From Syntrophus sp. PtaB.Bin001 (GTDB lineage: Bacteria > Desulfobacterota > Syntrophia > Syntrophales > Syntrophaceae): DNA of 41,291 nucleotides. This document shows, in pieces, positions 26,548 to 35,058 of the stretch (its first letter is position 1; each line of letters opens with the position of its first letter). The position numbers were made by a program, and so were the translations under genes. Under the pieces are notes generated by a model, which was not told the origin of the DNA, did no database searches, and saw only the letters and a list, made by a program, of their open reading frames with translations. The stretch is taken from the NCBI GenBank assembly GCA_002067815.1, contig MVQR01000001.1, positions 1 to 41,291 on the forward strand, given 5' to 3'.

Positions 26548-27804
26548 TCACAGACTTTCGCTGCTTTCTATCTTCATGACGATGCCTTCCGTGACTTTCG
26601 GCATGCCTAGTTCATAAGCCATGTTCATGGCCCGGACTGCGTAATTGTTCACGATAAGCGGATAGGCATGAGACACGGTCCTGTTCTGCCGATCCATCGT
26701 TGTCAGTCGGCGGGAGAAGGCGGCAAAGGCGTCTTCCTCAAAGATGTCTTCCACCTTGGCCCCGATCCGTTTGAACTTCAGGACCAGATAGTCTTTTGTA
26801 TTGCCGTTGAGCCCTTTGATCTCTGCCGTCTGGATTCTCCTGATCACTTCCCGCATGTCGATATGCCGGGTTTCGTCAAGCAGATTCTTCAGCTCGGTCT
26901 GGCCGACCAGAATGATCCCTAGAAGCTTCCGGTAGCCGTCTTCCAATTCGTAGAAGCGCTTTAGATACTTCAGGGTATTCGTATGTAGATCATGGGCTTC
27001 CTCGATGATGAGGGCTGACCGGAACCCTTGTTTCGCCCGTTCCAGGAGAAGTCTATGCACTTGGCGTGTTTTGGCTTCCAATCTCATTGCCGGTCGTTGC
27101 TCGGAGAGATCCATGACGATTGCGTCGCAGATGCTGGCCGCATTGACCCGCGTCTTGTCGATCATCTGTGGAAATATTACGATGACGTCGCCATCCCTTT
27201 TTAGCTGCTCGACCACTCTTCGCCGCATGACGGATTTGCCGCTGCCCACCTCGCCGATGACGGCCAGGAATCCACCATGTCTGGCGGCATCGATCATGGC
27301 CGCCTCGATGTAGCGGTGTTCCTCGCTCATGAAAATGTCCGAATCCTTCTGAATGTCGTCGATGAAGGGATTCCTGAATATCTTGAAATACTTCATTACC
27401 TCCTGACTGAGCATCTCCACCTCCTCCTTGATGATTAGCTTTTCCGGATCGCCCGGAACCATTACTGGCTGGTGTCTGGTGTTCCAGGTTTTAGCACCTG
27501 TTCCCGCTGGCGTTTGATTTCGAAGTTCCTTTCCTAGAGTCGTCCAGATATCCTCAACCTTGAGCTTTCGCTCAATCAGCCATTTCATGGCTTTCTTGTC
27601 ATTTCTGATTATTGCCTCGACCTTTGGCTTGAAGTTGGAACATTCCCTGGGAAGATAATTTCGATTCAAAGCCAAGTTGATCAATGGCCGGGACAGATCG
27701 AGTTCTTTGCCGATCCGGGATTGACTGATTCCACAATCCACACACAATTCCTTCAAAAGGATCGGTTCAAATGTCAGGTTATAGGGCGTTACTTTCCTTC
27801 TCAT
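26548..27804 (-). CDS. Transposition ATPase B (ExeA-like AAA) with N-terminal HTH
   Basis: Walker A GEVGSGKS, Walker B LIIEEAH, ILVGQ.EL; directly downstream of the transposase. Confidence 0.9.
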   Translation of the reverse strand: MRRKVTPYNLTFEPILLKELCVDCGISQSRIGKELDLSRPLINLALNRNYLPRECSNFKPKVEAIIRNDKKAMKWLIERKLKVEDIWTTLGKELRNQTPAGTGAKTWNTRHQPVMVPGDPEKLIIKEEVEMLSQEVMKYFKIFRNPFIDDIQKDSDIFMSEEHRYIEAAMIDAARHGGFLAVIGEVGSGKSVMRRRVVEQLKRDGDVIVIFPQMIDKTRVNAASICDAIVMDLSEQRPAMRLEAKTRQVHRLLLERAKQGFRSALIIEEAHDLHTNTLKYLKRFYELEDGYRKLLGIILVGQTELKNLLDETRHIDMREVIRRIQTAEIKGLNGNTKDYLVLKFKRIGAKVEDIFEEDAFAAFSRRLTTMDRQNRTVSHAYPLIVNNYAVRAMNMAYELGMPKVTEGIVMKIESSESL

Positions 27805-27816
27805 ACTTCCACCTCC

Positions 27817-29622
27817 TTATCCTGTAGCTTCAATGCGATGGCTTTCATCCGCCATCCAGGTGCCTTCCTGTATTGCCCGGATCACAGTTTCTGCCTCTTT
27901 GATGTCTATGCCGCTTTCGTAACGTTCACGAAGTTCACGGTTTAAATCCGGGGTGATGATGCCGATTTCCGCCCTGAGTTGCTTTAGGAACTCCACAAAA
28001 GATATCCGCCTGGCAGCGATGCCTCTTGAAACGGTAGCCGCATCCACTCTTAATTGATCGTTGACAGGAAGATCCGCGGGCTTCACCTCCAGAGGCGTTC
28101 CCTTCTTTTCGATAAACTCCACATTGCCCACCTTGTCCGCCTGATGCCCGAAGACTTTGAGCGGTGATTCATGACCGACAGGCGGGGCGTCCGCCCGGCG
28201 CTTATCCCCGGTTCCTTTCCATTTGAGGCCCCAGGATTCCGCCTTCTTCTCCATTTCCGTCTTGGCCTGCTGCGTCGGAGTTTGTTTTATGCTCTTGTAT
28301 TCCCCGAATCTAACGCCGCTGGTCAGGCGTCCGTATTCGTCCTTCGGGATGGGTTTGCAGAGCCAGACATAGCCGTTGAAGTGGACCTCGATGTTCGGGT
28401 ATTCATAAGGATGGCGGACTACGCTGACCGTCTGCCCGGCCGCCTGGGGATCTTCGATCTGGTATTGGCGGTTGTCCACGCTGATGATTCTGGCACCATT
28501 TGCCGTCCGTGTGATGGTCGGCTCCTTTATCAGGAGGCGGTAAAGTTCAATGTCCGGGCACAGCCGGAGCTGTTCAGCCGTGATGTATGACCAAAGGACC
28601 GAACGGGGAGCCACGTCCCGCATCTTCGGGACGGCGTTCATGTAGATGCACCAATCCAGCGCCCAGCGGTTCAGTTCGTCCAGATCGGCAGGACGCTGGA
28701 ATTTGAGCCGCCCTTCAAACCGGTTGATGTAGTGCATCAGCCCTTCGATGGCTCCCTTCGCCCGAGGGTTGCCCGGCATATGCAGTTTCAGGTCGATCCG
28801 GAGGGCTTCGAAAAGGGCCTGATTGGCCTTGGCCGTCATGATGGAACCGCGGTCGGCAATCAGAATGAAGGGAACCCCATGAAAACGGTATTTGCCTAGC
28901 TTCGTTCCTGATGATCCGTTCCAGGTCCGTTTGATCATCTCGTCCTTGGGCCGCATGGCTTCAAAAAGAAACTGCGAGCCGTCCGCGGCTCGTTCGCCCG
29001 ACGCATAGAAGTATTTGAAAAAGAAGGCCCCGGAGCAGTGGTCAACCACCGCATAACGGAGCAGTTCTTTTTTGATGGTCTTTGCCGTCTTGACGAGCTT
29101 GTTCTTGTACAGGGTCATTTCCGTGTCCCGTTCGCCCAGGCCCTTTGCCGTATCAAGGAAATACTGGAGGCAATTTGTCACATCGAATTGCCAGACATGG
29201 TTGGGATGATCGGATAAGAGGATCTGATGGGGAGACGGTCGGAGCAGATCCCTGGCGGACACCTGCTCCTGGCGCATGCGGGATAAAAACCATCCTGTTG
29301 AAACGCCGCCCGTGCTGACTCCCGAATCTTCAAGAATCATCTTGGCGTCGCAGGCGGGAAGAGGGATTTCATTGGATGTTCGCCTTGAGGTCAAAAGCAG
29401 GGCCGAGGCTTCGACGAGGACTTCTTTCGGGGCCTTGGATTGTCCCTTTGTCGCCCGCATCTTGCGGAAGCGAATCCCTCGCGTTGCGGCCCAGCGATTG
29501 ACCGTCCCCTTGGAAACACCGTAGTGATCGGCCAGTTCTTTTATCCTCTTCGATGCTTCTCCCGCTTGGAGTCCCTGTAGACTCGCCTGGACGTGATCCA
29601 ATATGGTTCCCGATACTGCCAT
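27817..29622 (-). CDS. Mu-like DDE transposase A
   Basis: N-terminal HTH; HPNHVWQFD, D..SGA, ADRGS and GNPRAKGAIE catalytic core. Confidence 0.92.
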   Translation of the reverse strand: MAVSGTILDHVQASLQGLQAGEASKRIKELADHYGVSKGTVNRWAATRGIRFRKMRATKGQSKAPKEVLVEASALLLTSRRTSNEIPLPACDAKMILEDSGVSTGGVSTGWFLSRMRQEQVSARDLLRPSPHQILLSDHPNHVWQFDVTNCLQYFLDTAKGLGERDTEMTLYKNKLVKTAKTIKKELLRYAVVDHCSGAFFFKYFYASGERAADGSQFLFEAMRPKDEMIKRTWNGSSGTKLGKYRFHGVPFILIADRGSIMTAKANQALFEALRIDLKLHMPGNPRAKGAIEGLMHYINRFEGRLKFQRPADLDELNRWALDWCIYMNAVPKMRDVAPRSVLWSYITAEQLRLCPDIELYRLLIKEPTITRTANGARIISVDNRQYQIEDPQAAGQTVSVVRHPYEYPNIEVHFNGYVWLCKPIPKDEYGRLTSGVRFGEYKSIKQTPTQQAKTEMEKKAESWGLKWKGTGDKRRADAPPVGHESPLKVFGHQADKVGNVEFIEKKGTPLEVKPADLPVNDQLRVDAATVSRGIAARRISFVEFLKQLRAEIGIITPDLNRELRERYESGIDIKEAETVIRAIQEGTWMADESHRIEATG

Positions 29623-29624
29623 GA

Positions 29625-30629
29625 TTATCTTTCCTTCGCGGCCTGCCTTTGATTGATCTTCTCTTTGTAAGCTTTACCCATCCCTCTAGTCAGGGGCAGG
29701 TTGTCGACAAGGACCTCAGTCGGGGGAAGTTCCATTTCGGTGATTTCCCAGGGGACATCTTCGGCATTCCTGTAAAATTCATGGAGATCCAGTCGTTCTT
29801 CCATGCAGACCTTGCTGATGAAGATGTAGAGGAAATAGAGTTGCCTGAGGGCGATTTCCGGGGCTTCTCCCGGTTTGATCTGTTTCTTGATGTCCGCGAT
29901 TCCCTGGATAAAGTTCGTTTGCACTTCTGCCAGGAGATTGATGGCGTCCTGCTCTTCTTCCGTCAGGTCCGTCTTCTTGACCGTCTTCTCCAGGCGGGAA
30001 AGCTCCCGCTCCATTTTCTTGATGACGTCTTCCTTGGCCTTGATAAGCCGATCCTTGGTCCGGATCGTGGCGTCTTTCTCTTCAACCTGTTGTTTATGGG
30101 ATTCTTCGAGTGTTTCCAGAAGCGCCTGGATTTCGTCTTTGTGTTCGGCATCCAGGGGGACGGTTTCGCCGTTGTATGTGATGGCATTTTCGGCGATTTC
30201 CGCCGATTTTTCAGATACTGCCATTCCTAAGTATTTGATTTTGCTTATTTCAACTCCAGAAAAATTGGCGAAATCCGCCAGAAATTCTGTTCTGAAAGGT
30301 TTAAGATCAAGCAATTGTTCATCGATCCTGCGCCTATCGACACCAACATGTTCACAAAACTGTTCCCATGTCATGCCCGCTTTTGACCTATACTCTTTTG
30401 ATTCCTTTACCTGCTTTAACATCAGAAGACCAAAGAAGGCTGATTGTGATTTTTGAAAATTTGTGGCTTTGATCTTGCCAGCCATCTCAAAGATGTTGGC
30501 TATTGCTTTTTCCTTCTCCATCTGTGTTTCTTCAGCATTCTTTTCCATTTCTCGTCTTATGATTTCGTTTGATTCTGCTGAGTCGGAGCAGGCTTGTATG
30601 AAATTATCCGCTTCTGTTGCCTTTCCCAT
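29625..30629 (-). CDS. Early-region hypothetical coiled-coil protein
   Basis: Intact 334-aa ORF upstream of the transposase; LK.VKE...TWEQFC..VG HTH-like segment. Confidence 0.75.
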   Translation of the reverse strand: MGKATEADNFIQACSDSAESNEIIRREMEKNAEETQMEKEKAIANIFEMAGKIKATNFQKSQSAFFGLLMLKQVKESKEYRSKAGMTWEQFCEHVGVDRRRIDEQLLDLKPFRTEFLADFANFSGVEISKIKYLGMAVSEKSAEIAENAITYNGETVPLDAEHKDEIQALLETLEESHKQQVEEKDATIRTKDRLIKAKEDVIKKMERELSRLEKTVKKTDLTEEEQDAINLLAEVQTNFIQGIADIKKQIKPGEAPEIALRQLYFLYIFISKVCMEERLDLHEFYRNAEDVPWEITEMELPPTEVLVDNLPLTRGMGKAYKEKINQRQAAKER

Positions 30630-30932
30630 TTAATTGCCTCCTGTCAGTTCTGATAATTCCTGCTGTGCTTTGTTTATTCTGCCTTCGAGGACCGATTTAC
30701 GACGTGCCCAGATCACGGCCAGCCGCATGCCAAGGACATATCCATCGCCGATTTTCTCGACCCACCGCAGATCGGCCATTGTCCCGACCTGGCGGAATAT
30801 GTTGTCAATGCTCAATCCGGTTCGGCGGGACAATTCAGTGATGCTGAGCGGTTCCCTTGTTTCCTGCAGGGCATTGAGAATGGCGTCTGTTGCGAGGAGT
30901 AGTTCTATTTTTCTGCAACTCTTTGCTGCCAT
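30630..30932 (-). CDS. IclR-like winged-HTH protein
   Basis: LSITELSRRTGLS...IFR..T.....WV.K...Y.LG; ATG at 30932 behind AAGGAGG. Confidence 0.8.
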   Translation of the reverse strand: MAAKSCRKIELLLATDAILNALQETREPLSITELSRRTGLSIDNIFRQVGTMADLRWVEKIGDGYVLGMRLAVIWARRKSVLEGRINKAQQELSELTGGN

Positions 30933-30942
30933 CGCGTCCTCC

Positions 30943-31431
30943 TTATTTCTTAATTCCCCGGAATTCTTTCTTGAGCCGTTGCATTTCGGCGATCGCATCG
31001 TCCAGTTTGCCGATGGCGAGCTTCCGAACCTCTTCACCGGAGATGACCCGCGCCTCTTCGGCCTGTGCCAGGGTGGCAATCGTTTCCAGAGATCCGGTAA
31101 TGTGCTGGATTGCGTAGATAAGAACTGCAGGCAGAGGATATTCCGTGGGTTTGGATAAATAATGATTCAGCATGTGGATGGAAAGGCGCTTTGATGTGCC
31201 GAAATAGGCATTGATGGCATCCACCAGTTCTTCCCGGCTGCCGCCCCACGATCTGATGGCGCTCTTAACCGTTCCGGCGATTTCGATGCAGGCCTCTTCG
31301 TAACTTTCAACACGGAGGGGTTTTTCCGGACCGGCCAGCAGCTTTATCCGGAGCGTTTCATATTCTTGAATGGGGGTGTCAAAATCAAAGGATCGTTGTT
31401 TGGGATCTAAATTTATTCTTTTTTTAGACAT
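30943..31431 (-). CDS. Phage regulatory protein (CII-like; hypothetical)
   Basis: SREEL...N, LS.HML..Y.S HTH-like segment; follows ner. Confidence 0.6.
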   Translation of the reverse strand: MSKKRINLDPKQRSFDFDTPIQEYETLRIKLLAGPEKPLRVESYEEACIEIAGTVKSAIRSWGGSREELVDAINAYFGTSKRLSIHMLNHYLSKPTEYPLPAVLIYAIQHITGSLETIATLAQAEEARVISGEEVRKLAIGKLDDAIAEMQRLKKEFRGIKK

Positions 31432-31472
31432 TGACTTACCCTTTCATAACGGTTATTTATTTTACCGTTTAT

Positions 31473-31718
31473 TTATGCGGCCCTAGCCACCTTGGATGTG
31501 GATCGTTTCGGTGGTTGTAGATAATATTCGGGAAATACCTCGGTGTGTGTTTTCCCGAGCCGCTTTGCGATGGCCCGCATAATCCTGTCGGAAACGATGA
31601 TCCGATGTATGACCTTGGAAACAGTCATTGCCGAAACCGGTGGGTCAAGTTCGTCAGCAATGGCCTTCTGACTTGTTTTATTTTTTTTCAGTTCGTCCTG
31701 TATTTCGGTGGGAGACAT
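31473..31718 (-). CDS. ner: Ner-like DNA-binding protein
   Basis: Small HTH protein ending IA..LG.....FPEYY; first early gene, divergent from the repressor. Confidence 0.8.
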   Translation of the reverse strand: MSPTEIQDELKKNKTSQKAIADELDPPVSAMTVSKVIHRIIVSDRIMRAIAKRLGKTHTEVFPEYYLQPPKRSTSKVARAA

Positions 31719-31752
31719 ACGCTTACTCCTTGTCTATTTCTTTATTGCGTTT

Positions 31753-31810
31753 AGATAACGGTTAGAGAAATAGATTATTAATTATCTATTGTCAAGATAA
31801 AATTTTATCT
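31753..31810. promoter_or_regulatory. Immunity operator region with AGATAA-N4-TTATCT palindromes
   Basis: AGATAAAATTTTATCT (31795-31810, perfect) and AGATTATTAATTATCT (31772-31787); a minus-strand TTGACA at 31790-31795 lies between them. Confidence 0.75.
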
Positions 31811-31823
31811 ATGGGGATATTCC

Positions 31824-32522
31824 ATGACTCCCGGTGAACGGGTTCGAAAAATCAGAGAATCGGTAGGAATTACGCAGGCTAAATTCGGCGAGCCACTAGG
31901 TTTTAAGTGGTACAAGATAAAAGACATAGAAGCGGGAAAAATAAATGTATCCCCAGAAATAGCCAAGAAATTATCTAATGCCTATTCCATAAGATTCGAA
32001 TGGATACTGACAGGTGAAGGAAGCATGAAAACTGAAAATGTCAGATCCACAACTTCCGAACAATCAGCACATGAAGACAGTTCCCAGCCGGTCATTGAGG
32101 GAAACTACCAATCTAGATTCCGCGTCTCTGATGCTCTCACGATGTGCGCGCGCGTTCTTGAATCTGGCACCTCCTATGCGACAACCCTATATATGAACAT
32201 CCACCATTTTGACCGCGCCATTTCTGCCGAGGAACGCATTAACCAGGTCGAGCAGAATCAAACAGAGATGGAGGTCAGAAACCAAGAAATCGAAGCCCGA
32301 AGCCAAAGTATCGAGCAGCAGATGAAGTCCATGATGCAGGAAATGGCAGGGTTGAAGGAAAAGATAGCTATGCTGGAAGAACAGAACGCTAACCTGCAGA
32401 TACAGGTTACTCAGCCTAAAGAAATCATCAAATATGGAACTGACCCTACCGGAAATATGCTGGACCAGAACGACGGGGGGGCAGAGATCGACGACGTTCC
32501 GGAAGGCTCATGGGGATTCTAA
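31824..32522 (+). CDS. Phage repressor (XRE HTH + coiled coil; no S24 peptidase domain seen)
   Basis: GERVRKIRE..G.TQ..F...IE.G, WILTGEG; divergent from ner. Confidence 0.85.
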   Translation: MTPGERVRKIRESVGITQAKFGEPLGFKWYKIKDIEAGKINVSPEIAKKLSNAYSIRFEWILTGEGSMKTENVRSTTSEQSAHEDSSQPVIEGNYQSRFRVSDALTMCARVLESGTSYATTLYMNIHHFDRAISAEERINQVEQNQTEMEVRNQEIEARSQSIEQQMKSMMQEMAGLKEKIAMLEEQNANLQIQVTQPKEIIKYGTDPTGNMLDQNDGGAEIDDVPEGSWGF

Positions 32523-32674
32523 ACATCTGGCCCGTGGAATTGGAACGGAGAAAAAACAAGGATCGGAGAAAAGAACCGGTTCAATGACACCGGTTGATAC
32601 ATTTTTTTAGACGAAAAGAAAAATATAGCCTATCGAACTTAATTGACTTTCTCTTCGCAAGAATGCTCACGCTC

Positions 32675-33196
32675 ATGAAGAATCTAAAAATCGCTGCTTT
32701 CATAATCCTTGCAGTCCTAGGCTTAGCCATAACCACAACTGCAGCCGAGATTCAGGTGTTTTTTAGCCCTGGAGGTGGTTGCACAGCAGCAATTATTCAG
32801 GAAATCAACCAAGCTAAATCTGAAATACTTGTCCAAGCATATAGTTTCACGTCAGCACCCATTGCAAAAGCTTTGTTGAATGCCCACAAAAGAGGAGTTA
32901 AAGTATCAGTTATCCTGGATAAGAGCCAGCGGACACAAAAGTATTCAGCCGCTACATTCCTTGCAAACTCCAAAATTCCTACCTACATCGACAACAAGCA
33001 CGCTATCGCGCACAATAAAATCATGATCATCGACCAATCCGTCGTCATCACTGGCAGTTTCAACTTTACAAAAGCTGCGGAAGAGAAAAACGCCGAAAAC
33101 CTCCTGATCATTAAGTCAAGGGCTCTTGCAGCCCGTTACAATAAAAACTGGGATGAACACAAAGCTCATTCAGATAATTACCTTGAACAAAATTAA
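32675..33196 (+). CDS. Secreted phospholipase-D-family endonuclease (Nuc-like)
   Basis: Signal-peptide-like MKNLKIAAFIILAVLGLAITTTAA, FSP.GG, QAYSFTS, a single HKD motif (HNKIMIID), GSFNFT and NAENL. Confidence 0.9.
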   Translation: MKNLKIAAFIILAVLGLAITTTAAEIQVFFSPGGGCTAAIIQEINQAKSEILVQAYSFTSAPIAKALLNAHKRGVKVSVILDKSQRTQKYSAATFLANSKIPTYIDNKHAIAHNKIMIIDQSVVITGSFNFTKAAEEKNAENLLIIKSRALAARYNKNWDEHKAHSDNYLEQN

Positions 33197-33373
33197 AAAT
33201 AAAATGGATTGGTGCACATGGATATGATTTATGGTTTTAGGAAGAAGCTTGTTGTTACTCGAAATTCTTTTCGAGGTCAAAGAGGTTGATTGGGAAATAT
33301 TTAATAATCAACGGATATAGGAAGAGAATGATTAGGACCGAATTTTTCAGGCTCATTCAGAATTGCCCTATCT

Positions 33374-33403
33374 TATTGACAAAACATGTTTTGTCAATAT
33401 AGT
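33374..33403 (+). promoter_or_regulatory. Sigma70 promoter overlapped by a 26-bp perfect palindrome
   Basis: TATTGACAAAACATGTTTTGTCAATA (33374-33399); TTGACA (33376-33381)-N16-TATAGT (33398-33403). Confidence 0.7.
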
Positions 33404-33615
33404 GGGACGCAAAATGGTTGAACATGATACAAAGTGTCTGACAGCTAAAGCGTTCAAGTTCAAGATAATTGAACTTTCTTATCCCAGCGGTATGACGTTC
33501 TTATCTTTTCTGCAAGTAGAGTAAAGAGAAAGTCATCTGATATTCGTAAGGCCAACTGATAAAGGGTATGGATGGAGTATTGCGGCTACGTTTGTAAGGA
33601 TAAGGCAAAAAAGGA

Positions 33616-34017
33616 ATGGATAACCTCACACCTGCGCAAAGAAGCATACAAATGGCTAAGGTGCACTCAAAAGACACTAAGCCTGAAATGATTGTTCGTC
33701 GTCTCGTCCACCATATTGGCTACCGCTATCGGCTACACCGCAAGGACTTGCCAGGAAAGCCAGATCTGGTCTTCGGACCCAGAAAGAAGGTTATTTTTGT
33801 CCATGGGTGCTTCTGGCACGGTCATAATTGTCCACTTGGAAGAATACCGAAATCAAGGGTGGACTTCTGGGAAGCGAAAATAAAAGCGAATCAAAACCGA
33901 GACGAGCAACATCTTGTAAAGTTGGAAAAAGCGGGATGGAGGTCTCTGATAATATGGGAATGCCAGCTTAAGAATGTTTTCGAGCTTGAAACTAGAATCA
34001 GAAACTTCTTGGAGTAA
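33616..34017 (+). CDS. vsr: Very-short-patch repair endonuclease
   Basis: RS..M......DTKPE, LPGKPD, FVHGCFWHGH, FW..K...N..RD and GW....IWEC. Confidence 0.96.
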   Translation: MDNLTPAQRSIQMAKVHSKDTKPEMIVRRLVHHIGYRYRLHRKDLPGKPDLVFGPRKKVIFVHGCFWHGHNCPLGRIPKSRVDFWEAKIKANQNRDEQHLVKLEKAGWRSLIIWECQLKNVFELETRIRNFLE

Positions 34018-34020
34018 CAA

Positions 34021-35046
34021 ATGAATGCATCTGAAAATAGTGTAAATAAATACACTCTCTCACGATCGCATTGGAAACCGTTTGCAAATCATCAGAACCA
34101 GAAACTAAATTACTCTGTAGTGTCGTTCTATGCGGGATGTGGCGGCTTGGATTTGGGTTTCATCGGTAATTTCCAGTACAAAGATGAATATTTTCCACCT
34201 CTACCGTTCGACATCGTTGTCGCTTACGATTTCGACAACAAATGCGTTGAGACCTACAACAAAAACCTCGGGAAACATGCAGAAGAAAAGGACCTCGAAA
34301 ATGCTTCTTCTATCTTGATGCCGGGCGCAGAGCTGCTTATTGGCGGCTTCCCCTGCCAGGACTTTTCCTCATGCGGGCCGAAGAGAGGGCTAAACTCTGA
34401 ACGAGGCAGGTTGTACGAGACGCTTGTAAACTATATGAGAACTCATAAGCCCAAGGTTGTGGTTGCAGAGAACGTTCCACACCTAGCCAGAATGGGTGGT
34501 GGAGTTGTTATCGACACCATATTGAAGGACCTTGAGGCAGCAGGATATAGATTCGAAATTTGGAACCTGTGCGCCCCAGATTACGGCGTCCCACAAAACA
34601 GGACACGACTTTTCTTTATTGGGGTTAGGGAAGATATCGAGGGCATGCCAGAAAGGCCGATGCCTACCCACAATGGTTGCCATCGGAGCATTGAGTGGGC
34701 AATTCAGGACCTTGAAACGATCAGTGACGAGTCCGTCCCGAACCAGAGTCAATATTTTAAGGCAAGCAAAGCAAAGAATGGTAACGGCCAAGGAGACGAG
34801 AAAAGCAAGGCAGGACAACCTTCCTACACTATTCGGGCCAATGCAAAGTCAAGGGTTCAGTTCCATTACAAATTGCAGCGGCGTTTGACCGTTAGAGAAT
34901 GCGCACGACTCCAGACCTTCCCTGATAATTTTGTCTTCCCTTTTTCAGCCACCACTAATGTGATGCAGATTGGAAATGCCGTGCCCCCGTTGCTGGCGTA
35001 TCATGTTGCAAAGTCCGTCGCGGCATTCATGCAAAGCCTCGTATAG
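34021..35046 (+). CDS. dcm: DNA (cytosine-5)-methyltransferase
   Basis: FYAGCGGLD (I), GGFPCQDFS (IV), ENV (VI), YGVPQNR.R (VIII), LTVRECARLQTFPD (IX) and IGNAVPP (X). Confidence 0.96.
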   Translation: MNASENSVNKYTLSRSHWKPFANHQNQKLNYSVVSFYAGCGGLDLGFIGNFQYKDEYFPPLPFDIVVAYDFDNKCVETYNKNLGKHAEEKDLENASSILMPGAELLIGGFPCQDFSSCGPKRGLNSERGRLYETLVNYMRTHKPKVVVAENVPHLARMGGGVVIDTILKDLEAAGYRFEIWNLCAPDYGVPQNRTRLFFIGVREDIEGMPERPMPTHNGCHRSIEWAIQDLETISDESVPNQSQYFKASKAKNGNGQGDEKSKAGQPSYTIRANAKSRVQFHYKLQRRLTVRECARLQTFPDNFVFPFSATTNVMQIGNAVPPLLAYHVAKSVAAFMQSLV

Positions 35047-35058
35047 GAAGGAGCACAC

